A stretch of 64,000 nucleotides of DNA from positions 32,001 through 96,000 of IMG/VR virus record IMGVR_UViG_3300028888_000073; one strand, written 5' to 3'. The translations under genes were made by a program, and so were the position numbers. The DNA is from a virus. Lineage: Duplodnaviria; Caudoviricetes. Within the stretch, counting starts at the first letter, position 1; each line of letters begins with the position of its first letter. The notes beneath the pieces are model-generated. The model did no database searches, was not told the DNA's origin, and worked only from the letters and a program-made list of their open reading frames with translations. Of the stretch, positions 20,089 to 30,854 are shown in pieces.

Positions 20089-20603
20089 ATATTACAGTTA
20101 GACATGGTGTTTTTGAGACAAATTCAAGTAGTACACATAGTATCGTGATTCCAAAGAAAGATGTTACAGAATTCCCAAAATCCATCGAATTCTGTCAAGG
20201 CGAATATGGGTGGGAATTTGAACAATACAGTCTACCGAATTATCTATACACTGCTATTCGCAACAGTCGGCATGTGGATGAATATATTGAAAAACTGAAA
20301 AGTGTACTTGATAAACATAATATTGAATATACGTTCGATGATTCATATGAAGGATACATTGATCATGAATATGAACTTGAAGATTTCCTAGAAGCTGTGT
20401 TCTCGGATGAAGATTTACTGCTTAGATGTCTTTTTGGAGATAGTGCTGTCTACACAGGAAATGATAATAGTGGATATACAGAGGAAGATACAGACGGTTG
20501 CATGATCGCAAGAGAAGAATATTATGATTCTGATAAAAATGAATATGTTGGGAATCCATACCACGATGAAGCAAGCTATGACTATTTCTTTAAGGGTAAT
20601 TGA
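20085..20603 (+). CDS. FETNSSSxHS-motif protein
   Basis: VRHGVFETNSSSTHS N-terminus; YIDH; GNDN. Confidence 0.75.
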   Translation: MNITVRHGVFETNSSSTHSIVIPKKDVTEFPKSIEFCQGEYGWEFEQYSLPNYLYTAIRNSRHVDEYIEKLKSVLDKHNIEYTFDDSYEGYIDHEYELEDFLEAVFSDEDLLLRCLFGDSAVYTGNDNSGYTEEDTDGCMIAREEYYDSDKNEYVGNPYHDEASYDYFFKGN

Positions 20604-21025
20604 TCATGACATTTGAAGAAGCTGTAAAGTTTTTAGAGGAAGTAGAAGAAACAAACCTTAATCTTTATGTGATTAACGGAAGATGTTCAGGAAAACTTCA
20701 AAAAGCCAGACTTCTTGAAGCCATTCACGTTATTAAAGAATGTGCTGTTAATGATTATGTGAGAGATAAAAGATTGATTCCTGTAACGCCACACCATACA
20801 AAGATGGAATTCCGTAGTGAAACAACCCCATATGTAATTACAGATAATTGTCCGGTATGCTTCTATAAAAATGGTTTAGGTTTATTTGATAGTATGTTAC
20901 CGAAGAAAGCTAAATTTTGTCAGCGTTGTGGTCAAGCTATTGATTGGTCTGAATACGATGAAGATGGAAAAATGGATTGGGATGCTTATATGAATAGAGG
21001 TGAAAAACATGCTGAACAGTTTTGA
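20600..21025 (+). CDS. Zn-ribbon hypothetical protein
   Basis: CPVC...FCQRCGQAIDW. Confidence 0.7.
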   Translation: MIMTFEEAVKFLEEVEETNLNLYVINGRCSGKLQKARLLEAIHVIKECAVNDYVRDKRLIPVTPHHTKMEFRSETTPYVITDNCPVCFYKNGLGLFDSMLPKKAKFCQRCGQAIDWSEYDEDGKMDWDAYMNRGEKHAEQF

Positions 21026-22034
21026 AAAATTTACTGACTACTTATCCAAATCACTTGCTAATATTGGTATTCCAGTAGATATTGAACGGTATAAGTTTTT
21101 AGATAACTATGATGCTGACAGATTTATTATTATCGGATTGGGTGGATCACACGCATATGGAACAAATGTACCTACGTCTGATCTTGACATTAGAGGTATT
21201 GCGCTAAATAGTGTTGAAGATATTCTTACAGGAAGTGATTTTGAACAGATTGTGAATAATGTAACAGATACTACTATTTATTCTCTGAATAAGATTGTAC
21301 ATCTTCTTTCTAACTGCAATCCGAACACAATTGAGATTTTAGGACTTAAGCCTGAACATTATCTGTATGTGTCCGGTTGTGGAAAGAGACTGCTTAAGTC
21401 GAAGGATATGTTTCTATCTAAAAGGGCTATTAAGTCTTTCGGCGGATATGCAACATCACAACTGTACCGACTTAGACAGAAAACAAAAGATGCACTCACT
21501 GAAGAAGAATTAAATGCACACATTGTAAAAGTATTAAACAATGTAAAAGATACTATCTATGATGGATACGATGTTTCCGTATTTGATATCTACTACAAAG
21601 ATGGAGAAATTAAAATTGATATCAATGTCAGTGATTATAAACTGGATGATTTCGTGACAATTCTTGAAACATTCAATAAAACGCTTAGAGATTACAGACA
21701 ACGCTCTGTGCGAAATGATAAAGCTATTGAACACGATAAGATTTCTAAGCACGCCATGCACCTTCTTAGATTGTATATGATGCTTGAAGATATTCTTCTG
21801 TATGGTGAGATTAATACCTACCGTGAAAAGGAACATGATCTTCTTATGGCTATTCGCAATAATGAATTTCTTGATGAGCGTGGAATGATGAATGCTGAAT
21901 TCTTTAAGCTAGTAGATGACTACAAAAACAGATGTGAAATTGCAGAGAAGAAATCTGATCTTCCTGATGAACCGGATAAGGAAAGAATTAAAGATTTTCT
22001 TATTGATGAAAATTACATATATTTAACTTACTGA
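21009..22034 (+). CDS. Nucleotidyltransferase, Pol-beta superfamily (RlaP/YcgL-like)
   Basis: GGSHAYGTNVPTSDLDIRG, NPNTIE, KHAMHLLRL. Confidence 0.85.
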   Translation: MLNSFEKFTDYLSKSLANIGIPVDIERYKFLDNYDADRFIIIGLGGSHAYGTNVPTSDLDIRGIALNSVEDILTGSDFEQIVNNVTDTTIYSLNKIVHLLSNCNPNTIEILGLKPEHYLYVSGCGKRLLKSKDMFLSKRAIKSFGGYATSQLYRLRQKTKDALTEEELNAHIVKVLNNVKDTIYDGYDVSVFDIYYKDGEIKIDINVSDYKLDDFVTILETFNKTLRDYRQRSVRNDKAIEHDKISKHAMHLLRLYMMLEDILLYGEINTYREKEHDLLMAIRNNEFLDERGMMNAEFFKLVDDYKNRCEIAEKKSDLPDEPDKERIKDFLIDENYIYLTY

Positions 22035-22060
22035 ATATATTGAAAATACTAATAATTAAA

Positions 22061-22092
22061 AACCCCTTGTGATAATTTCAACACAAGGGGTT
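22061..22092. terminator. Bidirectional terminator
   Basis: aaccccttgtg...cacaaggggtt between convergent genes. Confidence 0.8.
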
Positions 22093-22108
22093 AGATTTTA
22101 TTGCTAAT

Positions 22109-22600
22109 TTATGATAAGATATCAATATTTTCCAGTTTAGCTTCAATGAGTTCTCTGATCTTTTCATTAAGCGCGTACATAAACTCTCCGTCATCGAACA
22201 TCTGATTAACGTCATAATCTGATCCTGAGATGTCTGTAACATTTACAGAAACAGAATACGATCCAATGAATTTTACATGTGCTTCACACTCAAGTTCACG
22301 TTCTTCCTCGAACGGAAACCACTCAATAGAACTCTTTCTAAAAAGTTCATTTTTGTACTTATTAAAGACTTCCGTTGCAAACTGATCAATGTACATATCA
22401 AATTCACAACAGAGTCCCACATACCCGCCAGAATCCCACATGGAGAATGAGTCCTCATTGATAGATGCATAGTCACCAAACAGGTTTCTTACGTTATCCT
22501 CTGCAATTCTGTAGTATGCTTCCTGAGTTGATTCATCATCATAGTCAATGTAGTCATCATTTTCGTAATCTTTATAATCCTCATTAATTCGTAATACCAT
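22109..22600 (-). CDS. Acidic hypothetical protein (MVLRINED tag)
   Basis: GAGGA RBS. Confidence 0.7.
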   Translation of the reverse strand: MVLRINEDYKDYENDDYIDYDDESTQEAYYRIAEDNVRNLFGDYASINEDSFSMWDSGGYVGLCCEFDMYIDQFATEVFNKYKNELFRKSSIEWFPFEEERELECEAHVKFIGSYSVSVNVTDISGSDYDVNQMFDDGEFMYALNEKIRELIEAKLENIDILS

Positions 22601-22647
22601 TTCAAATCATCCTCTCTAAACAATTAAACGGCTTCACCTACAAATAT

Positions 22648-22676
22648 AGTATAACATATTATGAATAAAAAGTCAA
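22648..22676 (-). promoter_or_regulatory. sigma-A-type promoter
   Basis: TTGACT-17-TATACT. Confidence 0.8.
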
Positions 22677-22707
22677 TAGATTTTGAAAATGTTTATTCAT
22701 TAACTAT

Positions 22708-25467
22708 TTATTTTCTTTCTAGGAAGCTATTATATGTCATATTAACTGTAGGATTTACATAGACATCGAATCTATATCTTGAAACCTCTGCATGATATTT
22801 ATTATTCATACTAAATAGTGTTTTTAGTTGTGGTGTGTTTGTAGGAACAACGTAGTTATTTTTCCTTATCATATAGATTGTCAACGGTTTCTGGTTATTA
22901 TAGCATTCCTTTATCCAATTGATGAAATCTGCCTTTGTCTTTCCGGCAAAATAGTGTGAGTAAATATAAATGTCCTGCTGATCACTTGACTGCTCATTAA
23001 AACAAATATATTCAAACACAGATGATAGAAATTCTACAGAGATCGCGCTAGGCTCATTCTCTGTTAAAACCTCTAAGTAATTAGGACTGTTTTTAGTTAC
23101 GTCAATATGAGGAACTATTGCAATATCGACAACGGAAGAAACATCGTTCGCAGTCTGCATAACCGCACTGTTTTTATAATTAACAAACATATCATCTTCC
23201 AGTTCGCGGCGAGTAAACACGTAATATGTTTCATCAGTTACGTTATAATGAATTGGAATTTCAAACCCGTGCGGCTTGTATTCTCTTGTATGATAATCCT
23301 GAATCGTGTTACCTTCATCAGGCGCATCTGTAGATATATTTGTTGTCATTACTTTGATATTAAAATCTACGCTATTTCCGACTTCTCCTGATACATTAAA
23401 TGTGATAGAATTAACTGTCTTTCCGCCTATACCTGTTTCATCTGAATTATAATCATCATAAATATCGGAAGAACTTTGACTGTCTATATTTATAAAATCT
23501 AGGTCTGCTCCGAATTTAAGTGATACAGAAACAGTAGAATCCGGATCAATGTCGTTAATAATATATAGGCATCCGTGTCCGTTATTTTGTATAGAATCTG
23601 GAATAGTCATTGAATCCATAAGCTGTAAGCTAAGTTCTGAATCCGTTCCTGTAAGTGTTCCGCTGATATGATAATTTCCAAAACCATCACACGTTATAGA
23701 TAGTCCATTATCAGTAATTGCGTGGTCAGTATCAACCACATCACTTGACGGTAGGATGTTGTATGTTGCATCACCAACTCCGTGAAGTCCTGTAGTTTTT
23801 CCAAATACTGTATAATCAAGTATCGGTGTTTCTACGTTATTAACCCCTGTTGGTTGGTTTAATGAAACAGAGTTACCAAGTCCGGTAATAGTAACTTCTT
23901 GTGATGGTTCTCCGGATATTGTTGAATCGCTGATCTCAATTGACGTGCTAGGTTTGAAATAATTACATAGAACAGAATCATCAGTATTTATATATTTTCC
24001 ATGAGTGCTGTCTTTAATGCCGATAACCGTAACTCCTGAAGATGTAGTGTATTCAACAAAATCATCTGGAAAACAATTATACAGGATTCCGTCCTCTTTT
24101 CTCATTATGCCACCGGTTTCATCTACAACATATTCAACCTTTGCAACCTTATAGATTGCTTCACCATTCGCACTACTTAGTGAATCAACATAATCACCTA
24201 TCTTTGCAAGTGGTTCTTCTAGTTCTATATCATTGAAGATAGGCGCAATCATATTGTATTTATTGAGAATTGAATCTGTCGGGTTGAATTTCATAACGAT
24301 AGGACGTACTACAATATCACCGACATTCTTATAAGCAGTATTAAATTCTATAACAATATCTATTTCAGAATTATTAACCATTTGTAATAGATATGATGGT
24401 TTACTAGGAGTAGGTAAAAATGTGCCGATATTGTTTGAATCTTTATCAAAAATGTGCATCTTGTAGAAATAGTTTGTTACAGTGTTATTCGCCGTAGGTC
24501 CGCATGGTAATGCATATATGAAATAATTACCTTTATTCAGTTTCAGTTTATTCTGATTAAGCCTGTATAGTGTCGGAATGCTAAATTGTAATGATGTAAG
24601 ATCATCACCGTTACCAGTCCTGTGTATAACAATATCACCATTTAATTTAGTAATACAGTTGTAGTTATCTGATAGAGTTGTAGTAGTCTCAGATACTATC
24701 TTTGGCTTGATAAGATTATTATATTCTGTGCTGATCTGAATATATGATTTATCAGCTTCACGATAGAACATATCCCTCATACCATGTGAAATCTCAATAT
24801 CACAAGTTCCGCCAGAGTTTGTTATAATGTCATCTCCTAGCATGAATTCTATCTTCTTGATCGTTTCATCAACATATACACTGTAATCAAGATTAAATCT
24901 TTTAGATCGAACATTGGGGAAATAATATCTGTCAGATTGATATCCTCCGCATAAACCGCAAGATATTCCATAATTTGAATCATTTTCCCACATCTTTATT
25001 ATGTGATCATCTCTCAGGTCAGCATTAGTATGTAGTGCATCGCCGCTGTCAGGATTCTGATAGCTTCCGCATACAATATTGCGTAATTTAATCCTTATAG
25101 TTATTCCAGAACACTCTTTATTTAATATCGTAAGTGGCTCACTCATTGGTAAACTTATACGATAATTAACAATCGCTTTTGATCTGTTCCCAACTGAATT
25201 TATCGGATTTTCAAGTAATGGTTGTGTTGCATAATCATATGTTTGTAGAGTATTACCAATGATAGTATATGATTCTACTGGATCGCCTATTGTTTCTAAT
25301 CTCATACCATCATTCACGTTGTTTCCATTTATACACTTAACAACAACTGAACCAGTAGATACTTTCCAACCTCTAATAAAGAACAGTCTATTTTTATTGT
25401 ACTTATATTTCACACTTCGGTCATTGTGAAATACAAATCCAACCTTTTTATCATTTTTAATTATCAT
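22708..25467 (-). CDS. Large tail/baseplate-associated structural protein
   Basis: Beta-rich; shares EPLAKIGDYxD and YxPxGxxI modules with the neighbouring RBP-like gene. Confidence 0.65.
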   Translation of the reverse strand: MIIKNDKKVGFVFHNDRSVKYKYNKNRLFFIRGWKVSTGSVVVKCINGNNVNDGMRLETIGDPVESYTIIGNTLQTYDYATQPLLENPINSVGNRSKAIVNYRISLPMSEPLTILNKECSGITIRIKLRNIVCGSYQNPDSGDALHTNADLRDDHIIKMWENDSNYGISCGLCGGYQSDRYYFPNVRSKRFNLDYSVYVDETIKKIEFMLGDDIITNSGGTCDIEISHGMRDMFYREADKSYIQISTEYNNLIKPKIVSETTTTLSDNYNCITKLNGDIVIHRTGNGDDLTSLQFSIPTLYRLNQNKLKLNKGNYFIYALPCGPTANNTVTNYFYKMHIFDKDSNNIGTFLPTPSKPSYLLQMVNNSEIDIVIEFNTAYKNVGDIVVRPIVMKFNPTDSILNKYNMIAPIFNDIELEEPLAKIGDYVDSLSSANGEAIYKVAKVEYVVDETGGIMRKEDGILYNCFPDDFVEYTTSSGVTVIGIKDSTHGKYINTDDSVLCNYFKPSTSIEISDSTISGEPSQEVTITGLGNSVSLNQPTGVNNVETPILDYTVFGKTTGLHGVGDATYNILPSSDVVDTDHAITDNGLSITCDGFGNYHISGTLTGTDSELSLQLMDSMTIPDSIQNNGHGCLYIINDIDPDSTVSVSLKFGADLDFINIDSQSSSDIYDDYNSDETGIGGKTVNSITFNVSGEVGNSVDFNIKVMTTNISTDAPDEGNTIQDYHTREYKPHGFEIPIHYNVTDETYYVFTRRELEDDMFVNYKNSAVMQTANDVSSVVDIAIVPHIDVTKNSPNYLEVLTENEPSAISVEFLSSVFEYICFNEQSSDQQDIYIYSHYFAGKTKADFINWIKECYNNQKPLTIYMIRKNNYVVPTNTPQLKTLFSMNNKYHAEVSRYRFDVYVNPTVNMTYNSFLERK

Positions 25468-25617
25468 TAGTATCACCACTATGTAAGTTTCAAATCTTCC
25501 AAAGTAGCAATTTAATACTACTGTGGATAAAATAATCTTCCATCATATTTTTAATTATTCATTTTTTTTATAATCTGAGAATTGTTCCACTCTTATTATT
25601 TTTTGTAATGTACGCTT

Positions 25618-25652
25618 CGCGTAAGCCGCCCTAACGGACGGCGATTACGCGA
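25618..25652 (-). other. GC-rich hairpin immediately after the stop of the putative DGR target
   Basis: CGCGTAA-tc-GCCGTCC-GTTA-GGGCGGC-TTACGCG on the minus strand, no U-tract. Confidence 0.7.
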
Positions 25653-28600
25653 TCACTGGATGATGTGAGCGGGGGCGACTCCTAGGTTACGGTCAGCATT
25701 GTTGTTGCTCAAAGCACCAGAAGCGTTACAATTTCGGAAATAGTGAGCGTAAGTCGGGTACGGAGTTCTAAGCCACCAAGAATAAGCAACTCCATTATCA
25801 ATTCTATGTTTTATTCTATCATCATTTGTATTATGTGTATTATAATAATCTAATAATGTTCCAATATTAGGTGTTGCAGATAGACCAACTTCTGTATGTG
25901 ATAGTAAAAATACTTTATCTGTGTTTATCTTATATTCTGTATTTAGTGTAAATGTTCTTCCGTCTAATGAAGGATATTCAAATATATTATTTGTTATATG
26001 AGTAATTTCAGGTGTTGCTAGTACATTTACAAAATCTTCATTTAATGATCTTAAATAACCGTTTATTGATCTGCTTCCATAAGGTCTATCGAATATAGTA
26101 GTTGGATGCCACCAGTTATTTTCCGCAAGGTCTGTATTTAGTAATTGTCTAAGACCGGATTGATAATAATTGTTTGAACCATATCTTGCACGATGAATAT
26201 GATTTAGTTTACCATATGCACTGTCAGGATCATTATTTGATAGTTTTATTGTTCCTAAATCAATTGCTTCCGGTGATTCACCTTCAACCCATTCTGATAA
26301 CTGTAATGCATTAAATCCAGTTATTGCTGTTGTTTTTGTTTGCGGATTCGGACCAGCATATGCTGTAACAGTGCTTGGTAGTTGTTGATATGCCCATGAC
26401 AATGTTATTTGACTATCAACTGGAACGCTTGCAGTTGATGTAAAATAATATGTTTTATTACCGCCATATGCTGTATCATAGTTAGGTATTTTGAATTTAT
26501 ATGTTCCGGGTTGCATTTCAACAGTTGTATATAAAAATGCTTCTGTTGCGTCAAATTGCCACGGTCCGGATAGATTTAACTGACAAAGCGTCATGCTGTG
26601 CGTGTATCCTCGCGCCGTCAGTGATGGATCAAAATGTTTATCATACCCTACAACTTGGAATGCTCTTCCTGTTGTTTCATCTTCATTGTCATATAAGATT
26701 GTTCCAACTGGGAATTTTGTTTGAGCCAATCCACTTCTAACATCTTCTCTGATTTTACCCCAATATGTGTACCTTATATGTCCATCAATAGTTACATCGT
26801 ATGGTGCAAGATCAGTATCAACTGTTATCTTATTCTGTCCTACAGTTGTTGGAATTTCCGGTGGAGTATAAACTGTAACTGCATATGTACCACCAGTTTC
26901 TTCTTTTCCATTCCATTTTGGTATACTTGGATGTTCAGGAGTTGGAGTGCTAATTTGTGTTAAATATCCTTCTATTTCTCCTGTCATTCCTGTTGGAATT
27001 GAGACTGTTTCTGTTTCCGGTTCGGAAAGAACATACCAGACTGTTATCGGTGTTCCTGCGGCGTATTGAGCGGCAAGGTATTGCCTGAAAGCCGCCACGT
27101 CTGTGCAGTCGTCAAGTCGGAATGAAAATGCCGTCGAGCCGACGTAAAACTCCCCGTCGATGAGAGTTGCAACGGTTCCGTTTCGCACAAAATGCGATGA
27201 CGTTCCGTATCCGACCGTTGAGCTGGGCCAACCGTTTCCGCCAATTGAGAAAGAATAGCTATTTTCCGGAGATGTACGCTTGTTGATACTTATTTCCTCC
27301 CCCGTCAATACCAATTTCTTAATCTTCCTAGTAATAACACCAGTAGAAAGATTCAAAATATCTTTATAATCTCCAATACCGTATAGTGGAGCAGATAAGC
27401 CATTAACTTTAATTGTTGTTAGTTCATCTGCATAGTCTCCTATTTTTGCTAATGGTTCGTTGACGATACCTGTCTGCTCTATATTAAGTGCATACCACAA
27501 TAGAACACCTGACATTGCAGACTTAAACTCTTCGGCTGTCATTTCTTCAAATCCTGTTTTGTTAATTGAGATATATGATTGATTGTTGATTGACGCGCAC
27601 AAAGAGTATGGTGTAGAATTATAATTGTTTGCCGAAACAACTTTGAAATGCGAGCAAATAGCCGGTGCGATTTGTGAATTATTGACAACTTTTCCGTTAC
27701 CTAAATTTGCACCGAAATTACCAGAATTTGTTTTTGTGTAAGTAAGCGTACCTAGATCGACACATTTAATTCTTCTTATAGTAGGAACTTCACCTAGATA
27801 TATAGGAGTTGTTTTATTTAGATATGGAGAATATGGTAATGCTGTACTTCCGGAATTTAGCATTAAATACGTGCCTAAATTATCAGAAACCACAAAAGTT
27901 AAAATGTAATCAGATAGTAATGTTATAGTTATTGTATGAAAAACACCTGATTGTGGTCCGATTGCCAATCCATCCCATAATGTATAATAACCTGACGTGT
28001 ATGTGATTGTATCATCTACGTTTAATTGTATATGGTTCATATCGAATACTTGTATAATTGGAAGTTTACCATCAGAAGAAATTGTATATGTTCCCGCTTT
28101 CAAAACTATCGCATTGTCTGGATTATATTTTTTATAATCATTTGCATAAACATATTTAGGAACACCCTTATCCCACAAATTCTTTCCATTATTATCAAAA
28201 GATATTTTATATCCATATGGTTCAAATGGAAGAAGTGACTGCCCTGTATTACACATAGCATTTTGAATGGTATCAGGATTTCTAACAGCAACAAAACCGT
28301 TAATTGGTGATGCAATATCCCTAAAAGAATCTACAACACGGCTACTATCGAACGAAATTGAACCGATCACAGGCTCATCTTCAAAGAATGCATATACATA
28401 ACCATTACCAGTATATTGTATTCCTTGTTCTACTTTTGCTATGTATAAATCGAATCCTGATAACGCAGTAATTACACCACTATCAGATATATTAGCACCT
28501 TCGATTTTTTTGAAATACAAATTTTCTGTTCTAACACCACAAAATTCCGGAACAATCGGCGCGTCAGGTGTAGGTGTTCCATTTTGAACGCCATTACCTA

Positions 28601-29162
28601 AAAGTGATTTTACTTTGACAGGAAGACCATAACCTTTGAATGGTAGAGTTCCTGTAGTTGTTTGTAGTTCATCTTCTCTTCCCCATATAAGTCTATCTTG
28701 ATTATCTCTTACTTCCCATCCATTTTGATATCCGTAGGGTTCGTAGGGGAGAGCTTTTGAACCGAGGTTGATCATGATACTGTCTTTAATTTCGTTTTCA
28801 GTCAATGAGTCATAGCTTGCATGATAGTAGAAAATTACCAAATATGATGCATCATTTCCTGTTGTTATTGTAATTTTTGTTGCTTCATTGTTTGTTATAA
28901 CGCCGTAAAAATCCTCACCGATTGCAGGAATAGTTTTCGTGTAAGCAACTATAAATCGTTCGCTTTGAATTTTCGATATAGTATATGTAGTGTTTGGCAT
29001 ACACGGTGCATATGTCGTTCTTGTATTAGGACTTGGTGATATTATATTACTCACTGATGGATATGCGTTCAAAGATATAATACTTTTGTCAAACAAATTC
29101 TTCCCTTTCATAGGAATACTTACAATATCATGTTCAGCACCATTAACAATGCTTTTAAGCAT
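25653..29162 (-). CDS. Tail/receptor-binding protein with C-terminal DUF6273-like (CLec) domain; putative DGR target
   Basis: Repeated GKNL...PYEPY modules; DKVFLLS..EV, WWLRTP...GVAP C-terminus. Confidence 0.8.
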   Translation of the reverse strand: MLKSIVNGAEHDIVSIPMKGKNLFDKSIISLNAYPSVSNIISPSPNTRTTYAPCMPNTTYTISKIQSERFIVAYTKTIPAIGEDFYGVITNNEATKITITTGNDASYLVIFYYHASYDSLTENEIKDSIMINLGSKALPYEPYGYQNGWEVRDNQDRLIWGREDELQTTTGTLPFKGYGLPVKVKSLLGNGVQNGTPTPDAPIVPEFCGVRTENLYFKKIEGANISDSGVITALSGFDLYIAKVEQGIQYTGNGYVYAFFEDEPVIGSISFDSSRVVDSFRDIASPINGFVAVRNPDTIQNAMCNTGQSLLPFEPYGYKISFDNNGKNLWDKGVPKYVYANDYKKYNPDNAIVLKAGTYTISSDGKLPIIQVFDMNHIQLNVDDTITYTSGYYTLWDGLAIGPQSGVFHTITITLLSDYILTFVVSDNLGTYLMLNSGSTALPYSPYLNKTTPIYLGEVPTIRRIKCVDLGTLTYTKTNSGNFGANLGNGKVVNNSQIAPAICSHFKVVSANNYNSTPYSLCASINNQSYISINKTGFEEMTAEEFKSAMSGVLLWYALNIEQTGIVNEPLAKIGDYADELTTIKVNGLSAPLYGIGDYKDILNLSTGVITRKIKKLVLTGEEISINKRTSPENSYSFSIGGNGWPSSTVGYGTSSHFVRNGTVATLIDGEFYVGSTAFSFRLDDCTDVAAFRQYLAAQYAAGTPITVWYVLSEPETETVSIPTGMTGEIEGYLTQISTPTPEHPSIPKWNGKEETGGTYAVTVYTPPEIPTTVGQNKITVDTDLAPYDVTIDGHIRYTYWGKIREDVRSGLAQTKFPVGTILYDNEDETTGRAFQVVGYDKHFDPSLTARGYTHSMTLCQLNLSGPWQFDATEAFLYTTVEMQPGTYKFKIPNYDTAYGGNKTYYFTSTASVPVDSQITLSWAYQQLPSTVTAYAGPNPQTKTTAITGFNALQLSEWVEGESPEAIDLGTIKLSNNDPDSAYGKLNHIHRARYGSNNYYQSGLRQLLNTDLAENNWWHPTTIFDRPYGSRSINGYLRSLNEDFVNVLATPEITHITNNIFEYPSLDGRTFTLNTEYKINTDKVFLLSHTEVGLSATPNIGTLLDYYNTHNTNDDRIKHRIDNGVAYSWWLRTPYPTYAHYFRNCNASGALSNNNADRNLGVAPAHIIQ

Positions 29163-29180
29163 TATATATTCACCTCTCTT

Positions 29181-30215
29181 TTAATCATATATAAAATATA
29201 AAGGTAAATCTTTATTTGTTATTGCATCATACTCAGCTTGTGTTAGTGGAGTAAATAATCTTGATAATAATGCATTTTGTACAGGTTTTGTAGAATTTGT
29301 ATCTAATGCTGAATCTGTAACAACTGAAATATCAATAGTTCCACTTGATGTTATTGGAGAACCTGTTATTGTAACTGATCCATCTGTACTTGTTACTGCA
29401 ACATTAGTTACTGTTCCACTTGGTTCATCGCCGGACGGAATTAAAACCCAAGTTGTGCCATCAGAAATAAAAGTATCTCCGATCTTAGCAGTTTGTTCCG
29501 CGTATGTTCCGTCAGTAATTACTTTATAAGTAAATCCTTTATTCTCATTAGAAGCTGTTGGAAGTGTTGTAATAGTTCCGCCAGTACCAAGACTGCCCTT
29601 AAATATCATAGGCTTTGGAAGATTATCTATTTTTGTATTAACTGTATTTACATTTCCTTGTACTTCATCAATAGCACTTTGAACATTTGTTGCAGAAATA
29701 CCAGAAGATGTTCCATCATAAGAAACGTCAGATGCAGTAGGTGTACTTCCGCCACCACCGCCAGATGTTCCACTACTACTTACGTTAGAATCATCAAACA
29801 ATATCTTGATTGGAAATGTATCAGTGCTAGACCACAACGCACCGTCTTCAATTCCATTAGCAATCAATCCATTGTGAGCATCAACAGCATTACGGTCAAA
29901 CATAGGAGTAACTACTAATTCAAAACTACTAGGAATATTGTATATTGCTAGACTATATGGTTCAATATTCAAATCTGAATCAGTTTCTTTATTAGTTTCT
30001 CTATCAATTGTTTCCATATTTACATTAAAATCCGCATAAACTGTTCCATTATATAGGATTGTAAAATTGATGTTTGGAAGTTCAAATAGCATTTGTTTTG
30101 TCCAAATTTGTGTAAGAATTAATGACAGCGTTCCACAGTTATTACTTGCTGTAATATTTGATGTGATCATGCTGTCTGTCTTACTAATAGATGATAGAAT
30201 TGTTGTCTGTGCCAC
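29181..30215 (-). CDS. Fibre-like structural protein
   Basis: ASDVSYD...ATNVQSAIDEV, FKGS..TLPTAS..GFTYKV, STKPVQN, LTQAEYDA motifs typical of phage fibres. Confidence 0.7.
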   Translation of the reverse strand: MAQTTILSSISKTDSMITSNITASNNCGTLSLILTQIWTKQMLFELPNINFTILYNGTVYADFNVNMETIDRETNKETDSDLNIEPYSLAIYNIPSSFELVVTPMFDRNAVDAHNGLIANGIEDGALWSSTDTFPIKILFDDSNVSSSGTSGGGGGSTPTASDVSYDGTSSGISATNVQSAIDEVQGNVNTVNTKIDNLPKPMIFKGSLGTGGTITTLPTASNENKGFTYKVITDGTYAEQTAKIGDTFISDGTTWVLIPSGDEPSGTVTNVAVTSTDGSVTITGSPITSSGTIDISVVTDSALDTNSTKPVQNALLSRLFTPLTQAEYDAITNKDLPLYFIYD

Positions 30216-30228
30216 AAAAATCAACTCC

Positions 30229-30849
30229 TTATAATCTTATATGTAGTTTTCTATAGGATTCTGATTTTTCGGGTGATCCGTCATTTTCGGCTTTTCTAAC
30301 ACCGCGCTTTTCCTGCTTATATAAATCCTCTTGATAATCTTGAATCCTGTGCATCATTTCATTTGCACAAACAATGAACGTCTTACCAACCATATCAACT
30401 GTACGTTCTTTCGGTGTCGGATTTGTCTTGTTTGCATCAATTTCAGGATGATCAGTGAATCTGAATTTTACAGCTTTATACAAATCTTCATGCTGTTTAT
30501 AAAATTCAATACCTTGCCTACTAGACGGTTCAAATGTAACGTATATATACATAGACAGCCCGAAGTATGGTGATGGATCAATCTGTATCTCTTTTACGCC
30601 GTTAAGTGCAAGAACCTTACTTCTCCAAGCCTTTACAAACTCTTTAATATCATTCTTGATTTCTATGATTTTAGGATTCTTAGCATACTCTTTTCTCTTT
30701 TCCTTAGTATCTACATACGGTTCTATAAACTGTGTAACATAATTTTTACACTTCTTGATCTTGTCAGTTTTCTTTAGATATTCTAGTAGTGCTTCTGCGA
30801 AACATCTTCCACTAAGTTCATATAGCATATCTTCTCTTATCAGTTTCAA
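30229..30849 (-). CDS. Hypothetical protein (MKLIRED tag; FRFTDH)
   Basis: GAGGTG RBS. Confidence 0.65.
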   Translation of the reverse strand: MKLIREDMLYELSGRCFAEALLEYLKKTDKIKKCKNYVTQFIEPYVDTKEKRKEYAKNPKIIEIKNDIKEFVKAWRSKVLALNGVKEIQIDPSPYFGLSMYIYVTFEPSSRQGIEFYKQHEDLYKAVKFRFTDHPEIDANKTNPTPKERTVDMVGKTFIVCANEMMHRIQDYQEDLYKQEKRGVRKAENDGSPEKSESYRKLHIRL

Positions 30850-30854
30850 TATAA

